From NCBI GenBank assembly GCA_964106645.2, contig OZ067052.1: DNA of 64,000 nucleotides. The stretch is one strand, 5' to 3'. The stretch is from Podarcis pityusensis. Its lineage: Eukaryota. This document shows, in pieces, positions 25,219-36,997 of the stretch; position 1 is the stretch's first letter; each line of letters begins with the position of its first letter. Under the pieces are notes generated by a model. The model saw nothing but the letters and a program-made list of their open reading frames with translations. It searched no databases and was not told where the DNA came from. The translations under genes were made by a program, and so were the position numbers.

Positions 25219-25641
25219 CTCTAACTACTAAATATGGCTGATGCAGAATGATAATTCTGGAAACATGATTGTTAGATTAGAATGAGGAGCAATTAGAGTG
25301 ATGTAGTCACACTGTCCTATTTCTATTAACAGCTTATCAGCTGTATTTTCTGTCATCAGTTGCCACTTTATGTCAAGGGGAAACATCCAGCCTGGATTTC
25401 CTTCCCGGAGATGTGCTGCTCCCCACACTAGAAAAAAACTGGGTGTGGGTTTGCTAAGAGTACAAAAAACTTATCATTTAACATGTACTGCGTGGGGGCT
25501 GTGTGGCATTACACAACAAAGGAAATCGGGGCGGGGGAGGGCATTTCCTGTGAAGGAGACTGAAGCAAGCCATAAACCACCAGTTGACAGCTATGGAAGT
25601 CACTACAACTGGGATTTGAACCCAGGCTCAGGTAATGTAAT

Positions 25642-26018
25642 GGATACGGGTGGCTCTGTGGTCCAAACCACTGAGCCTCTTGGGCTTGCCGATCAGAAGG
25701 TTGGCAGTTCAAATCCCTGTGACGGAGTGAGCTCCCATTGCTCTGTCTCAGCTCCTGCCAACCTAGAAGTTCAAAAGCATGCCAGAGCAAGTAGATAAAT
25801 AGGTACCACTGTGGCGAGAAGGTAAACAGTGTTTCCATGCACTCTGGCTTCCGTCACGGTGTTCTGTTGCACCAGGAGCGTTTTAGTCATGCTGGCCAGA
25901 GGATCCGGAAAGCTGTCTGCAGACAAATGCCAGCTCCCTCGGCCTGAAGTGAGATGAACGCAGCACCCTGTAGTCAAATTGGATTGGACTTAACCATCCA
26001 GGGGTCCTTTACCTTTTA
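25642..26018 (+). mobile_element. Sauria SINE (Squam1)
   Basis: tRNA-like head, gcaagtagataaataggtacc core, (ACCTTT)n tail. Confidence 0.9.
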
Positions 26019-27720
26019 CCAGGTAGATCTCATTGCTGCTTCTCTGTCAACTTCTGGAGGGAGGCATTCTCCTGCCCTCATTCTGGTACTTTCCCCACAG
26101 CTGGATCCACTTGAAATGTACAATGCTATCCTAGCAGTTTAATCCTACATATATTTTATTGGAAATAAATCCTGCTTTGTTCATTGGCGCTTACTCCTAG
26201 GTAAGTGTGTGCAGGGACCTTTGCTTTACTTTCATTATCTTGTCACAGCTGCCACCAGATAATTTTTGTAAAACAACTGGGAAGCTGCAAACTCTTAATA
26301 GGCTGTGATTTGTTTCATTTTGAAAAAGCTGTAGTGAGACTCTGCAGTGCTTAACCGCCTAGAGAAAAAGGCAGGCCCTGCGCACCTGTGCCTAGTTGAA
26401 AGAGAGCCTTACTTGTGCAGTATTATAAATGCTGCATTTAAATGGTATGGACTTGATTGCATATGAGATATTATCTTGGCATTACACAAATTCATTAATA
26501 ACTCTTCTTCCAAGCCATCCTTTAGTGTTCCTGGAAAGTTTCCCATTAGCATTTTAGGCACTCTGGAGTGTCTGCTCTTTGTGTTTCAGTTTATTCTGTA
26601 GAAACAAGATAATGAATGAGTTCCTGAAAAGCTGGATTATGAAGCACTTGACTCACTGCCGGAGAGTATTTGACAGTGCTGGCCTTGGAACAGTGAGGTC
26701 TGAGTTCAAATAACAGCTCTCAGGGTGGCTCTAGGCAAGTTATGATGTCTAAGCCTTAGGAAAATGGAAGTACTTACTAAGTGGTGGTTGTGAGAATGAA
26801 TGAACACAGCAATTTGCAACAGGAAAAGGCTATAAAGTAAGAAGTTGTCTAGTACAGTGGCTGAAAAGGTCTGGTACAGATCAAGAAGTCCCCGCTTCAG
26901 ATTGTGTGTCTGTCCTGAGCTCAGCAGGTGGCGTTAGGCAAGCTCCCCCCCCCCCCCCCAGTCTCAGGCCTACACCTGTGGTATGAGCTTAATTATGCAG
27001 ACCTGCCTTACAGGGTAGTTTTAAGGATTACAACAAGATAATGTATGTCAAGTGCTTTGAACCTTGTTGAGTGCATTGGCAGAAAGACAATATGTAAATG
27101 TAATAAATATAAGCATTATGCAAATGCTGCTGTGTTGATTTTGATATGATAATCAGATGTCAAATTTTGCCCACAGGCATTCTAAGCCTGGTTTTAAACA
27201 CATTGCGGGAGGTTTCTTTTATAGCTTGCCATTCCCACCAAAACATTTAAACGTGCCTCAAGTTGGAAGTACAACATGCAGAACAAAGCGACATCTTTTC
27301 CAGGGACTTGGCAGGGGTCAAATGTACTCAACAGTAGGTGTGCATGATGCAAACAGAATTAAGAACCAATCAAAGAGACAAGTGTTTACCTGTTAGACAA
27401 CTTGGTAGACAACCTAGTTTCTTCAGATGCTCTGGGCTACACCTTGAAGGGCAGGCAACCTGGGGTTCTAAACTGCAACTTATTTCAGTTCCAGCCACCC
27501 TGCATCAGGGCTAGCCAACATGTACAGTGGTCGGGTGATGGGAATCGTAGTCTAGAACACCAGAATGGCACTGGTTTGCTCACCCTTCCTCTAGACAGCT
27601 AGCGCCTTTGAGAGGTCCTACCTGTTGATAGCAACATACTTCCTTGAGTTTCAACAATAATTGTGCAGCTCTTTATCATTAACAGACTTCTTGCTTTCCT
27701 GGGTTCTGTCTCAACTGTAG

Positions 27721-27857
27721 CAATGTCAAAGTCTGCTGTGAAAATCTCATCTGACTTACTGTCGAACCCACTCTGTGAGCAAGACCCCAAATTTCTTGAA
27801 ATGGTGATGGCCCTGGACACAGCTATGAAGAGAATGGATTCCTTTAACCAAGAAAAG
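27721..27857 (+). CDS. BIN3: BIN3 internal coding exon (exon 5 equivalent), AMSKSAVKISSDLLSNPLCEQD...MDSFNQEK
   Basis: ctgtag|CA ATG TCA...GAA AAG|gtaaat; 137 nt; BAR-domain peptide in ORF 27663..27965. Confidence 0.96.
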
Positions 27858-27858
27858 G

Positions 27859-27863
<5 letters not shown>

Positions 27864-27898
<35 letters not shown>
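27864..27898. repeat. (GA)17 microsatellite starting 7 nt into BIN3 intron 5
   Basis: Read directly. Confidence 0.95.
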
Positions 27899-27900
<2 letters not shown>

Positions 27901-28416
27901 TCTCTATCTGGGGAGAGGAGAGAGTGAAAAATTATGTCCTTCAAGTCCGCCTGCACCTGTTGTGAAGTGTCCTTTTTGCTTGTCTGAAAATAGCCTGTCA
28001 AAATTTGCATATACTGAAAGTTTCTGGCTATATATCAGAGGGTGTACAAGTCTGCATGATTGGGATCATGCTGCAAATTGCAGAATTTGGTATTTAGCCA
28101 TGGATACAATTCTTAGGACTCTTGGGCTTGCAGGGTTTTGTTTTAATTATCCTAGGAACAAGTGGACTGTTCCAGTGAGAACTGAGCATGTTCAGAATGT
28201 TGAGTGTCAGCTGGAAGTGAAGAGCAGAAGACATGGGGGTGGGAGAGTGGAAAGGGATCAACCTGGGGATGGGCCAGCAGGCTAGCAGAAACCCTGAAGA
28301 ACAACAATCTTGTTTAGGAGGCGAGAATGCACTGCAACATTTCATTGCAGGTCCCACTTGTAATTCAGATTGTCTTTCACATCCATTATTGTTGTCCATG
28401 TCTCTTTTTCTGGCAG

Positions 28417-28457
28417 GTGAACCAAATACAAAAGACAGTCATAGAGCCCTTGAAAAA
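28417..28457 (+). CDS. BIN3: BIN3 internal coding exon (exon 6 equivalent), VNQIQKTVIEPLK(K)
   Basis: tctctttttctggcag|GTG AAC...TTG AAA AA|gtaagt; 41 nt; peptide matches recalled BIN3. Confidence 0.95.
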
Positions 28458-29747
28458 GTAAGTAACAGTATTTTGGAATGAGCAACAGTGTGTGCTTTTG
28501 CAGTCCTTACAAGGGAACATGATTTAACATGGGGGCGAGCAATACATGTATCCGTCAGGGAACATAAGTGAAGCCCATGAAAGCTTGTGAAATTGTGTAA
28601 ATCCCACTTTGTATTCAGGGGATGAGGATCCCAATTCCTAGCCTTCATAGAAGATTCAAAATGTGAAGGAAAAGCATTCTAAAACATTAGAAGCAAGTCT
28701 ATAATGTCTATATAAAGAATCAGAACATTAGAAATGTGGTTAGATTTACGTAATATGCATGAGTTATATTAGTTGTAGAATTTGGCCAACAAATCACAGA
28801 ATGTCTATCGTCGTGGAGCAGGTTTGCATGAACAAGAATAGGCACAAGAAAGGCATTAGACATTTCTGCACTCCCATAAAAAGGCTTCCCTACTGCTTCT
28901 TTCACTTTCAAAGAATCCTGGCTTGTTGTTCTGTATGAACTAAAGATTGGTTTAACTAACCAGAGTTTCCTGATCTCTGGTTTGTATGTATAAACAATCC
29001 AGGATTCTTCAAAACCAATTGTAAATGCTAGCAAGGTCCTTCTCCTGGCTGAGTGGGAGAAGGAGAGGGGAGCATGCCATCCTGAGGTTTCATTGGGCTA
29101 ATTTTAGCTCAAGCATATACCACCAAAGTATGGCTTGGTGTTAATGTGCAAACAGCCCACTCTGTTCGGGATTGTTCTGGTTGTTAACTTAGTGGATAGA
29201 TGATCTTGTCTTTTGGTGAAGGAGTTGTATCTAAATCCTATACATATATGAACTGCATGAACTTTAGATTCTATGAACAGTGTGGGTTCTGTCATCTTTA
29301 TGTTGGAGGTAGCACCTCCCCTATCAAGGCTGATAAAATGTAAAGGTTTCGAAGCTCATCCCCACCCAGCAATACATCTAACCCTGCAGGCGTACTTTTA
29401 TCCTTGCAAGTCTGTAAGAATCTTTCAAATGTTTAAGTCTTATTAGCACTTACTAGGGCTATAAGCAAGCATTAGCGACTCCTTAAATGAATTTAGGAAG
29501 AATTTCAGTTACTGCAACCAAATGACTTCAGAAGTCTTTAGATTCTCTATTTGATTACAAGGAAATAGTGCCAGAGAGAATAAAATGACTTTAATAAGGT
29601 AGTGAGTGAGGTAAATTACTGAATAACAACCTTAGTTTACACCTGACATTTTTGTTGTCTCTAGTCTCAAGCAAGAGTCTTATGCTGTTAATATGGTTGC
29701 CCTGTGCTAGTATCAAGAGAATCTCTTTCCTCCTATTTTGCTTACAC

Positions 29748-30128
29748 CAAGGAGTTCCAACCTTTCAGACCAAGTAGGCCACAAAAGTCCTTTGGCACAG
29801 AACCTGGGAGGGCGGCACACACTGAATTAAATTTTCATATTGTAAATTTAAGTGTTCGCAATATAGTTAATATTATTTAATATACACGTTTCATGTATTT
29901 ATTTAATTAAATATATATATATTAAACACACAATTATAGTTAACAATTAGTATTTGTTAACAATGCAGACATCAATGGGGTGTCTTAGCTGGAGAATTCT
30001 TCACGAGCTGATTGATGTCTACCTTGAAGTTGGCTGTTCACATGTGCAGGCAACTCTTGACTGAATTGTATGTTAAGTTGTTTTGAGTTTTGGACTTCAT
30101 GAAGTTCATGTTTGAAAACACTTGTACA

Positions 30129-30171
<43 letters not shown>

Positions 30172-30604
30172 TTCTTCCTCTTCTTCTTCTTCCCAAAATT
30201 CCTTTCTCTTCCCCCACCAATTGGTACATCCCAAAGCTCAAACTTCTATGCACTGCAAAAAAGAAAGCAAAGTCTTTCATGCTAAAACACACACAGACAA
30301 ACCCCCAGCCTTCTTCTCTGTACTGCCTACTCCCTGGGAGGCTCTGGAGCCCTGGCTGCTTGGGGATCTGGCCATGCTCCAAGCGGCTCCAAAAATGCAG
30401 CCTGGTGGTGACACAGAGCTCCTGCAGCAGCAGCAGAGGAGGAGGAACAGCCACAGCAGCCTGCCTTTGGCTGCAGCACACACACTCACTGCCATCTCCA
30501 TCAGCCTGGCTGTGCTGCCCTGGGTGAGGTAGAGGGTATGGAGCTGCAGAGCCACCAAAAACAGCCTCGAGGGCCGCCCATGGGCCCCATGTTGGACTAC
30601 CCTG
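29748..30604. mobile_element. Older non-autonomous hAT element containing (GT)20 at 30131-30170
   Basis: Imperfect TIRs CAAGGAGTTCCAAC and GTTGGACTACCCTG; TSD GCTTACAC / GTTTAAAC (6/8). Confidence 0.6.
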
Positions 30605-31845
30605 GTTTAAACTATGAAGAACGAGAAATGATTGCAAAATTCTTACCTACTGCAGCAGATTTCCACCCTGTCTATTTTTCATGGTCTCCAGCCATGTTCC
30701 TCTTCTGCTCTTACTGCCCTCACTTGTCTGTCTTTTCCTATTATTCCATCTCTTCCTCTTCCCACCCACCCAAAAAAGTATTGTAATTCTCAGTCAGCTT
30801 GGATATGGATATTGAGTTCACATTGGAAGGTATAAAAACTGAACAGGCTTGTGAAGAGTACACAACATACTATACTGTAGACCTATCTCAAGGGTAGAAT
30901 TTGAATCCTTCACATTGTGCTTTATGAATGAGGGGATTACTATGACATGTAGGCTAACGATGGGAGAGAATGGCTAAAGAAGGTAAGGAAAGATGGGAGT
31001 GCTTGACTGAAAGCAAGTCTGGACAAGAAAGGTTCCTGCTTGTAGGATGTGCAAGGCTGGTGCTGACCTCTGATCAAAGAAGCATTTGTATATGACTTCC
31101 AGCTGATCAGAAAGGCAGGCTGGGAGGCCGTGAGGGGCCACAATATAGCAAAAGGGAAAGTTCTATAACTTCTTGGGATCTTTTGAATTGATTAGGAAAT
31201 TTGACTTTCCTGTCTGTACAGTCACTGGTTAAGAAAAAATAAATAAATGCCCATTGTGAAAATTGTATTACAACATGCTGCATATTCAGGAAATACATTA
31301 CTTTGTTTCCCAACTTTATTCTATTTAAATCCAGTTCAGCACACAGATCTCCCTCTCCCCCACCATTGCTTTATGTACACATAGTAAAATCTGCACTAGC
31401 TAACCAGTGAGATGTAAAGGTATAAAGCTAAGGTGGAAAAGAGAGAGAGCCTGGAAAGGGGTTGTAGGGCGGAAGTAGTGGGTGGGGAAGGGGTTAAGTG
31501 CATAAACACTTTGACAACCAAATGTCTCCTGCAAATACCCACCACCACATGAGCAAACTTACTTGACAAAACCAAACCAGTAAATATTACTTGGCAAAGA
31601 CAGATTTGGGAATACAAATTGGCTTGTGTAACATGTAGTTCCTGCCTTAGAAGAGCATCCTCATGCCATGCAATTTCACAAAAACTAGGCAAGGTAGGTT
31701 GCATGTTTTCCCTCATTTTATTCTCATTGGTAATTAAGGCTGTTAATCCAAAGTGAGTTCTTAACTTATCTGAGAACTAGATGCAAACACAATTTGGTCT
31801 CAGACTAACACTTCAGCCCGTGGGCTCCAGAAACTCCCATCTCTG

Positions 31846-32728
31846 GTTGTTTTTTAATAAGATATTTATTAGGATTTTTAAAATATTACAATAAAAAATG
31901 AAAAAGAAAAAAATACAAAATAAAAATGATTAAAAACCACTCAATTTTTCCATTGCTTATTTTTCCTTAGCTTGTTTCCCGGACCTCCTCATACCTCCCT
32001 TTTTTGTATTCCAGTTCAGTTTGTTGGTTCAGCAAATCCTTACCCTCTTTATTTATCCTAATCTTTGGTCTTAAAATAGTAACTTTAGATTTTTACCTCT
32101 TAACAACCCATTTTTCATATTCCCTTAAAGCATTACAGCTGGAAACCACTTAATTTCTATCCAACATCGTTCTAACATTCATTAATTTTACAATATTTCT
32201 GTAGATAATCTTTGAACTTCTTCCAGTCTTCTTCCACCGACTCTTCTCCCCGGTCTCGGATTCTGCCAGTCATTTCTGCCAGTTCCATATAGTCCATCAG
32301 CTTCATCTGCCATTCTTCCAGAGTGGGTAAATCTTGTGTCTTCCAGTACTTTGCAATGAGTATTCTTGCTGCTGTTGTGGCATACATAAAAAAAGTTCTA
32401 TCCTTCTTTGGCACCAATTGACCGACTATGCCTAGGAGAAAGGCCTCTGGTTTCTTCAGGAAGGTATATTTAAATACCTTTTTCAGTTCATTATATATCA
32501 TTTTCCAGAAAGCCTTAATCCTTGGGCACGTCCACCAAAGGTGAAAGAATGTACCTTCAGTTTCTTTACATTTCCAACATTTGTTATCGGGCAAATGATA
32601 AATTTTTGCAGGCTTGACTGGGGTCATGTACCACCTGTATATCATTTTCATAATATTCTCTCTTAAGGCATTACATGCCGTAAACTTCATACTTGTGGTC
32701 CATAACTGTTCCCAGTCAGCCATCATAT
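31846..32728 (-). mobile_element. 5'-truncated L1-clade LINE (ORF2 C-terminus and 3' UTR)
   Basis: ORF 32172..32726 with cysteine-rich CWKC...HLWWTC motif; AATAAA and A-rich tail; 18-bp TSD CAGAAACTCCCATCTCTG at 31828-31845 and 32778-32795. Confidence 0.92.
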
Positions 32729-32780
32729 GATGGAATAGGGGCTTGCTCCATCCACTCCATGCATCGACCTGGTATTGCAG
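32729..32780 (+). pseudogene. U2 snRNA internal fragment (3'-domain portion) inside the L1 TSDs
   Basis: GATGGAATAGGGGCTTGCTCCATCCACTCCATGCATCGACCTGGTATTGCAG differs at about 3 of 52 positions from vertebrate U2 as I recall it. Confidence 0.88.
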
Positions 32781-34040
32781 AAACTCCCATCTCTGAAACA
32801 GTTCTGGAAGCCAAACTCATTTCCGATCCCCTCACTTTTGCCCTTTTATAGTTTGGCAAGTTGAGTGCAGTTACAACCTGCATTTTAAAGCCACCACCCC
32901 TTCACATTCCACTTTAGGGTTCATCTGGATCATTTCTCTTCCTCTGCTTCCTGTATGTGAAATGCGAAGCCAAGGAGGAGCCAATGAGAGTAAATGCATA
33001 TGTGATGCTACAACATTTTTTAAAGAGCCCCAGGACCCATCTGAGCATTAATGAGAGGCACCATCGGCATTCAGGCTTGTGCTCTTCCCCTCTTTCTGAT
33101 TTTGGAATGCTCTGATAATGTTTCTAGATTAATGAAAACTGTCTTGGGATTCTTTCACTTGTTTCCTGTTAGGTATTGCTTTCCCAAAGGAGATCATCCT
33201 CCCTAGCCTCTCCCAGACTTGCCTTGACCTAGAAATGGGCTTTGATTCTAACAGCTGCATTTCATTACTCCCTTCAGTGGTGGTCCTTACAATTTATTAG
33301 CTAAAGACATGGATAAATTCAATCCACGCAATTATCGTTAGCGGCAATATATTACAATCAGAGTCATGTGCAGCATAAAACACCTTATTCTCTAGTGTAG
33401 CCGTACGAAGCTCCAGGAGGTGTTTGGCGCCTCTGATGAGACTAATCGCTTCTCTTCAAAAGCAGCAACTGACTCAAGGGGGCAGGCACATCTTCCCGAG
33501 GTTACTAGGATCAGAAGTTGTATTTTCTTTGTTTTTCCTAGATAATACAGTCCCTTGGTGTGGAATTACTGAGGGTTAATTTCAGTTCATTTAAAATTTT
33601 AAGTGAGAATGTTGTGTTCTTCCCTGTGTGGGTTGAGCAGAGTAGAAGGCTGGAAAATTCACCCCAGATCCAATTCAGTCAAAAGTCACCTCTCTTCTGG
33701 CTCATACAGCATCCTCCCAGCTCCTCCCTTGCCCCAGGATGGGATTGGTCAAGTGTACAGTGCACTAGCTATGGTGGATAACACAGTTTGTGCTTTGAAC
33801 AATGCAAGAAGCTCGGATGTTTGCATTCTGCACCTCATTCACACAGTAGCCTCCTTCAGGTGATGTAAAAGTGAGCTCCCTCAATACATGAGTGGGAGCC
33901 ATGAGGGTGAGCGCAGGAGTTCATCTCTTTGTGTTACTCTCCATAAAGGTGAATATATGAAATGAGGAGCCCTCTTTGCTCCCCTCTGCACTTTAGAGCT
34001 CTGCCTCCCCCCCCCCTTGCATGTTGAACAAACTCCCTTT

Positions 34041-34180
34041 TAGAATCACAGAATGATAGCGCTGGAAGGGGCCACAAGGGTCATCTAGTCCAACCCCCTG
34101 CAATTCAGGAATCTTTTGCCAACGTGGGGCTCGAACCCACAACCCTGAGATTAAGAGTCTCATGCTCTACCCACTGAGCT
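34041..34180 (-). mobile_element. SINE with tRNA-Lys(CTT)-derived head and CR1-derived 3' tail
   Basis: Minus strand AGCTCAGTGGGTAGAGCATGAGACTCTTAATCTCAGGGTTGTGGGTTCGAGCCCCACGTTGG (34118-34180), then a CR1-like end; a decayed relative lies at about 3787-3885. Confidence 0.85.
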
Positions 34181-36558
34181 GTCTTTCACACAAAAGTGCC
34201 TGAAGAGAACTGATGTCTTTCAAACCAAGAAGACTTGGTTCTGATCTCACTGTGCTGAGTCTCATTAAGCCACCTGAATGCCACTAGTACTAAATAAACA
34301 ACTGTTTTCTTCCAGCTCCAAGGTTTAAGTTCCTACCAAGTCTTGTGCTGCTGCTCAAGACTCTTGCTTCCTGCAAAGCTTTTTGTTATCCTGATTACAA
34401 TGTCAGTAGAAAGGTCCATATAAGAAAAGACCCCTGGAGACCAAAAACACAGCAACATTGTAGATCCTGATGCCTGTGAATGGACTAGGCAGACTCTGTA
34501 GACCGTCAGGGCTTAAAACTAGTTCAGAGCTTGGCCCTTAGCTGTCACACCAAGACATGCTCAAGGCAACTTACATGGTTTCCTAGTGTGCTTTGCCAGC
34601 TGATTGGAGTGGTGGTCCCCAGAGGCACCGAAAGGAGCTGCTTCCAGGCTGCAGAGCACCTCAGACACTGCAGAGAACGTGAGGATCCTGGAGAACTCCC
34701 TCCCACAGCAGGGGGTGGTGTGATATATTGACTCTCCTGGCACAAAGACAGAGGGGAAGGGTCCAAATTAACTAACTGCTTAACAGAGTTGGCAGTTTTC
34801 CCCTGGAGATTCAGAGTTGCACTGGCATGTGTGGGCAGGATTTATACTAGGTCCAAGGCTGGATTGGCGGTCCCAGGCCTGAGGTAGCAGACAAAAATGG
34901 AATGCTTAAAATGGGAAGCTCTGCTGCTGTTAATTTGACCTTTGTGAATACCAGCAACAAGTACAGAGGAGATGCTTCCAAACCAGGTGAGGGTGTTGTG
35001 ACAGACCCAAGCCAGGAATCCTCAGAAGCAAGAATAAATGGATGTGGAGGTTGTATGCAGAGTCTGAGGTTCATTAGAAAGAACTGGTGGTGTTGCCTCT
35101 CTTCAGACTTCTTTCTGCTGCTTTTTCTGTGAAAAGCAAGCTCCCCCTGCCCCTCAGCAGTTTGAATCAGCATGTTGCATAAGCTAAGTTATATCTCCTC
35201 AAGAGCGAGTTTCCTATACAGCTGGAAACCAGTGGTGTGTGGCAAAAATTGTCCAGTCTGGAGGCTTGCCACTTGAGTGACCAGCTTTATCCAACCCCTG
35301 CTTTTCCAGGCTAGAAGGTTCCAGTAACCTACATTACTAGTAGCAGTGTCTAACCCTCTCTGTAACCCATAAATCTCATCCATTAATCACACAGTCCTGG
35401 TCTGTGAATCTTTCTCTGACAGTGAAAGCAGATAACCCAGCCTTTCGGCTCCCTGGGGGGAACTGGGGACCGGAAACAACAAAATCCGCTTTCATGTCCT
35501 TACTGGACTCTAATGAGGATTTCATACACAAAGCTAGCCACATGGCCTTCCTTCCCTCCACCCCCATTTGTGCACCCTCCCTCATCTGGGGACTCTTAGT
35601 CTTAATCCCTTGTTCCCACTGGTTTGAACTGTCATCTTATTTTCTGTTGCTTTTTGCTGTAGTCGGAAAGGATGGTTTTAATTTCCCTTTCCTGGTGGGT
35701 GGACAGGCCTGCGACGGACGTGTGGGCACCGATTATGGAATGACAGGCATTCCTGAACCCAGCCCAAGTGCTTCGGCTAGCTCTGTACCAGTCTCAATCA
35801 CACCCTTTCCTGCCTCCCATGTTTATAAAGTTTTTCCTCCCCATTGCCTTTTCTGGCTTAGTTACTATTTTTTGTGTTCTTTTAATTACCACCCTTTCCT
35901 CTTCTCTCCCCAAGTCCTGTTTTTCTGCTCCTTTTCCCTTGTCCTGCTCTTCAGTTCTCTTTAGCTGTCCTTCAAGAGGCAGGCCTCATTTCTTCTCTGG
36001 CAGCAGATCTTCTGCTCAGGCTTATTATACCTTCCAATATATATTTGCATTATTGGCCCATTAAAAAACACAAACCCAACTGGGAATATTTGGTGAAGAA
36101 ACAGCATGACAGAAGATAAGAGTCTTTTGGGGGCAGTGGGAACAACAGAAAAATAGCCAGTTTTGTTTGGGCTGCTGATAAAAGTGGAAAGTTGTCTGGT
36201 TTTGCATGATTATGGGTGATCTGATAGATGTTTCTGCTTTGAAAAGGTGATTATCATATTAAAAATGTGTCATTTTATTTATGTATTGTTCAGAAATGAT
36301 AAATTTTCATCCATAACAAAAAATATGGTACATTGGCCATGCAAATAAAACTTTATATCTCTTTATCTACAAGCTTCCTCAAAACCTACCCAGCCAGATT
36401 CCATTCTTTGCTTTTTGACCAGGAGTCACTGCTGAATGGTTTCTTGAGCCTTTAGTGGAGTAGCTTTGAATTCACATGATTGTAATGGGAAACAGCATCT
36501 GGTGTCTTGTCCCCAGACTAACAGCCGCACAACAGCACAAGCCACGTTTCATATTCAT

Positions 36559-36997
36559 CAGGGATGCCCAACATCTGGTTGACTGGTCGATTCCTGAGAG
36601 GTTCTGGTTGATCGCAGTTGATCACTGGCTCCTTTTACTTTGCGGTGGCATAATAGCATCCAGCCCTGCCCCCTCGCCCCATCCTCCATTTCTGCAAGAT
36701 CGCTGAAAAGGAAGACAGAGTTTTTGCTGTGAGGCAGATTGTTACCTTAGCAATCGGCTGGTGAGCGACTTCCCCCTTTCCTCAGTTCTGAAATTTCCCT
36801 CTCCATAATGTGACATTATTCCCTAAAAAAAGCTGAACTATTGTTATAACCCCCCCCCCCCAAAGCGGGGCTTTCCTCCCTAAAAAAAGCTCAACAACTT
36901 TGACCTGAAACCCCCCTCCCCCCAAAAAAGGGGTAGATCACTGCCAGTTTTTTATTCTGTGAGCGGATCGCAGTCGGTTGGGAGTTGGACGTCCCTG
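36559..36997. mobile_element. Non-autonomous hAT element
   Basis: TIRs CAGGGATGCCCAAC and GTTGGACGTCCCTG (12/14); TSD ATATTCAT / ATATACAT. Confidence 0.85.

Noticed and set aside
27858-27965. ORF read-through QEKVNERERE suggesting a longer exon 5
   Set aside because: GTA AAT is the splice donor and only coincidentally encodes VN; the real VNQIQK exon is at 28417
32729-32780. A functional U2 gene, or a U2-targeting element (Keno or Utopia type) inserted into a U2 gene
   Set aside because: Only about 52 internal nt are present, they lie inside the TSD pair, and no other part of U2 is on either flank
34118-34180. Near-perfect tRNA-Lys(CTT) sequence
   Set aside because: The 5' acceptor-stem strand is missing and it is fused to a CR1 tail, so it is a SINE head and not a tRNA gene
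35404-35964. 186-aa ORF in intron 6 as a nested gene
   Set aside because: GTG start, T-rich low-complexity Phe/Leu/Ser composition, no recognisable homology or splice support
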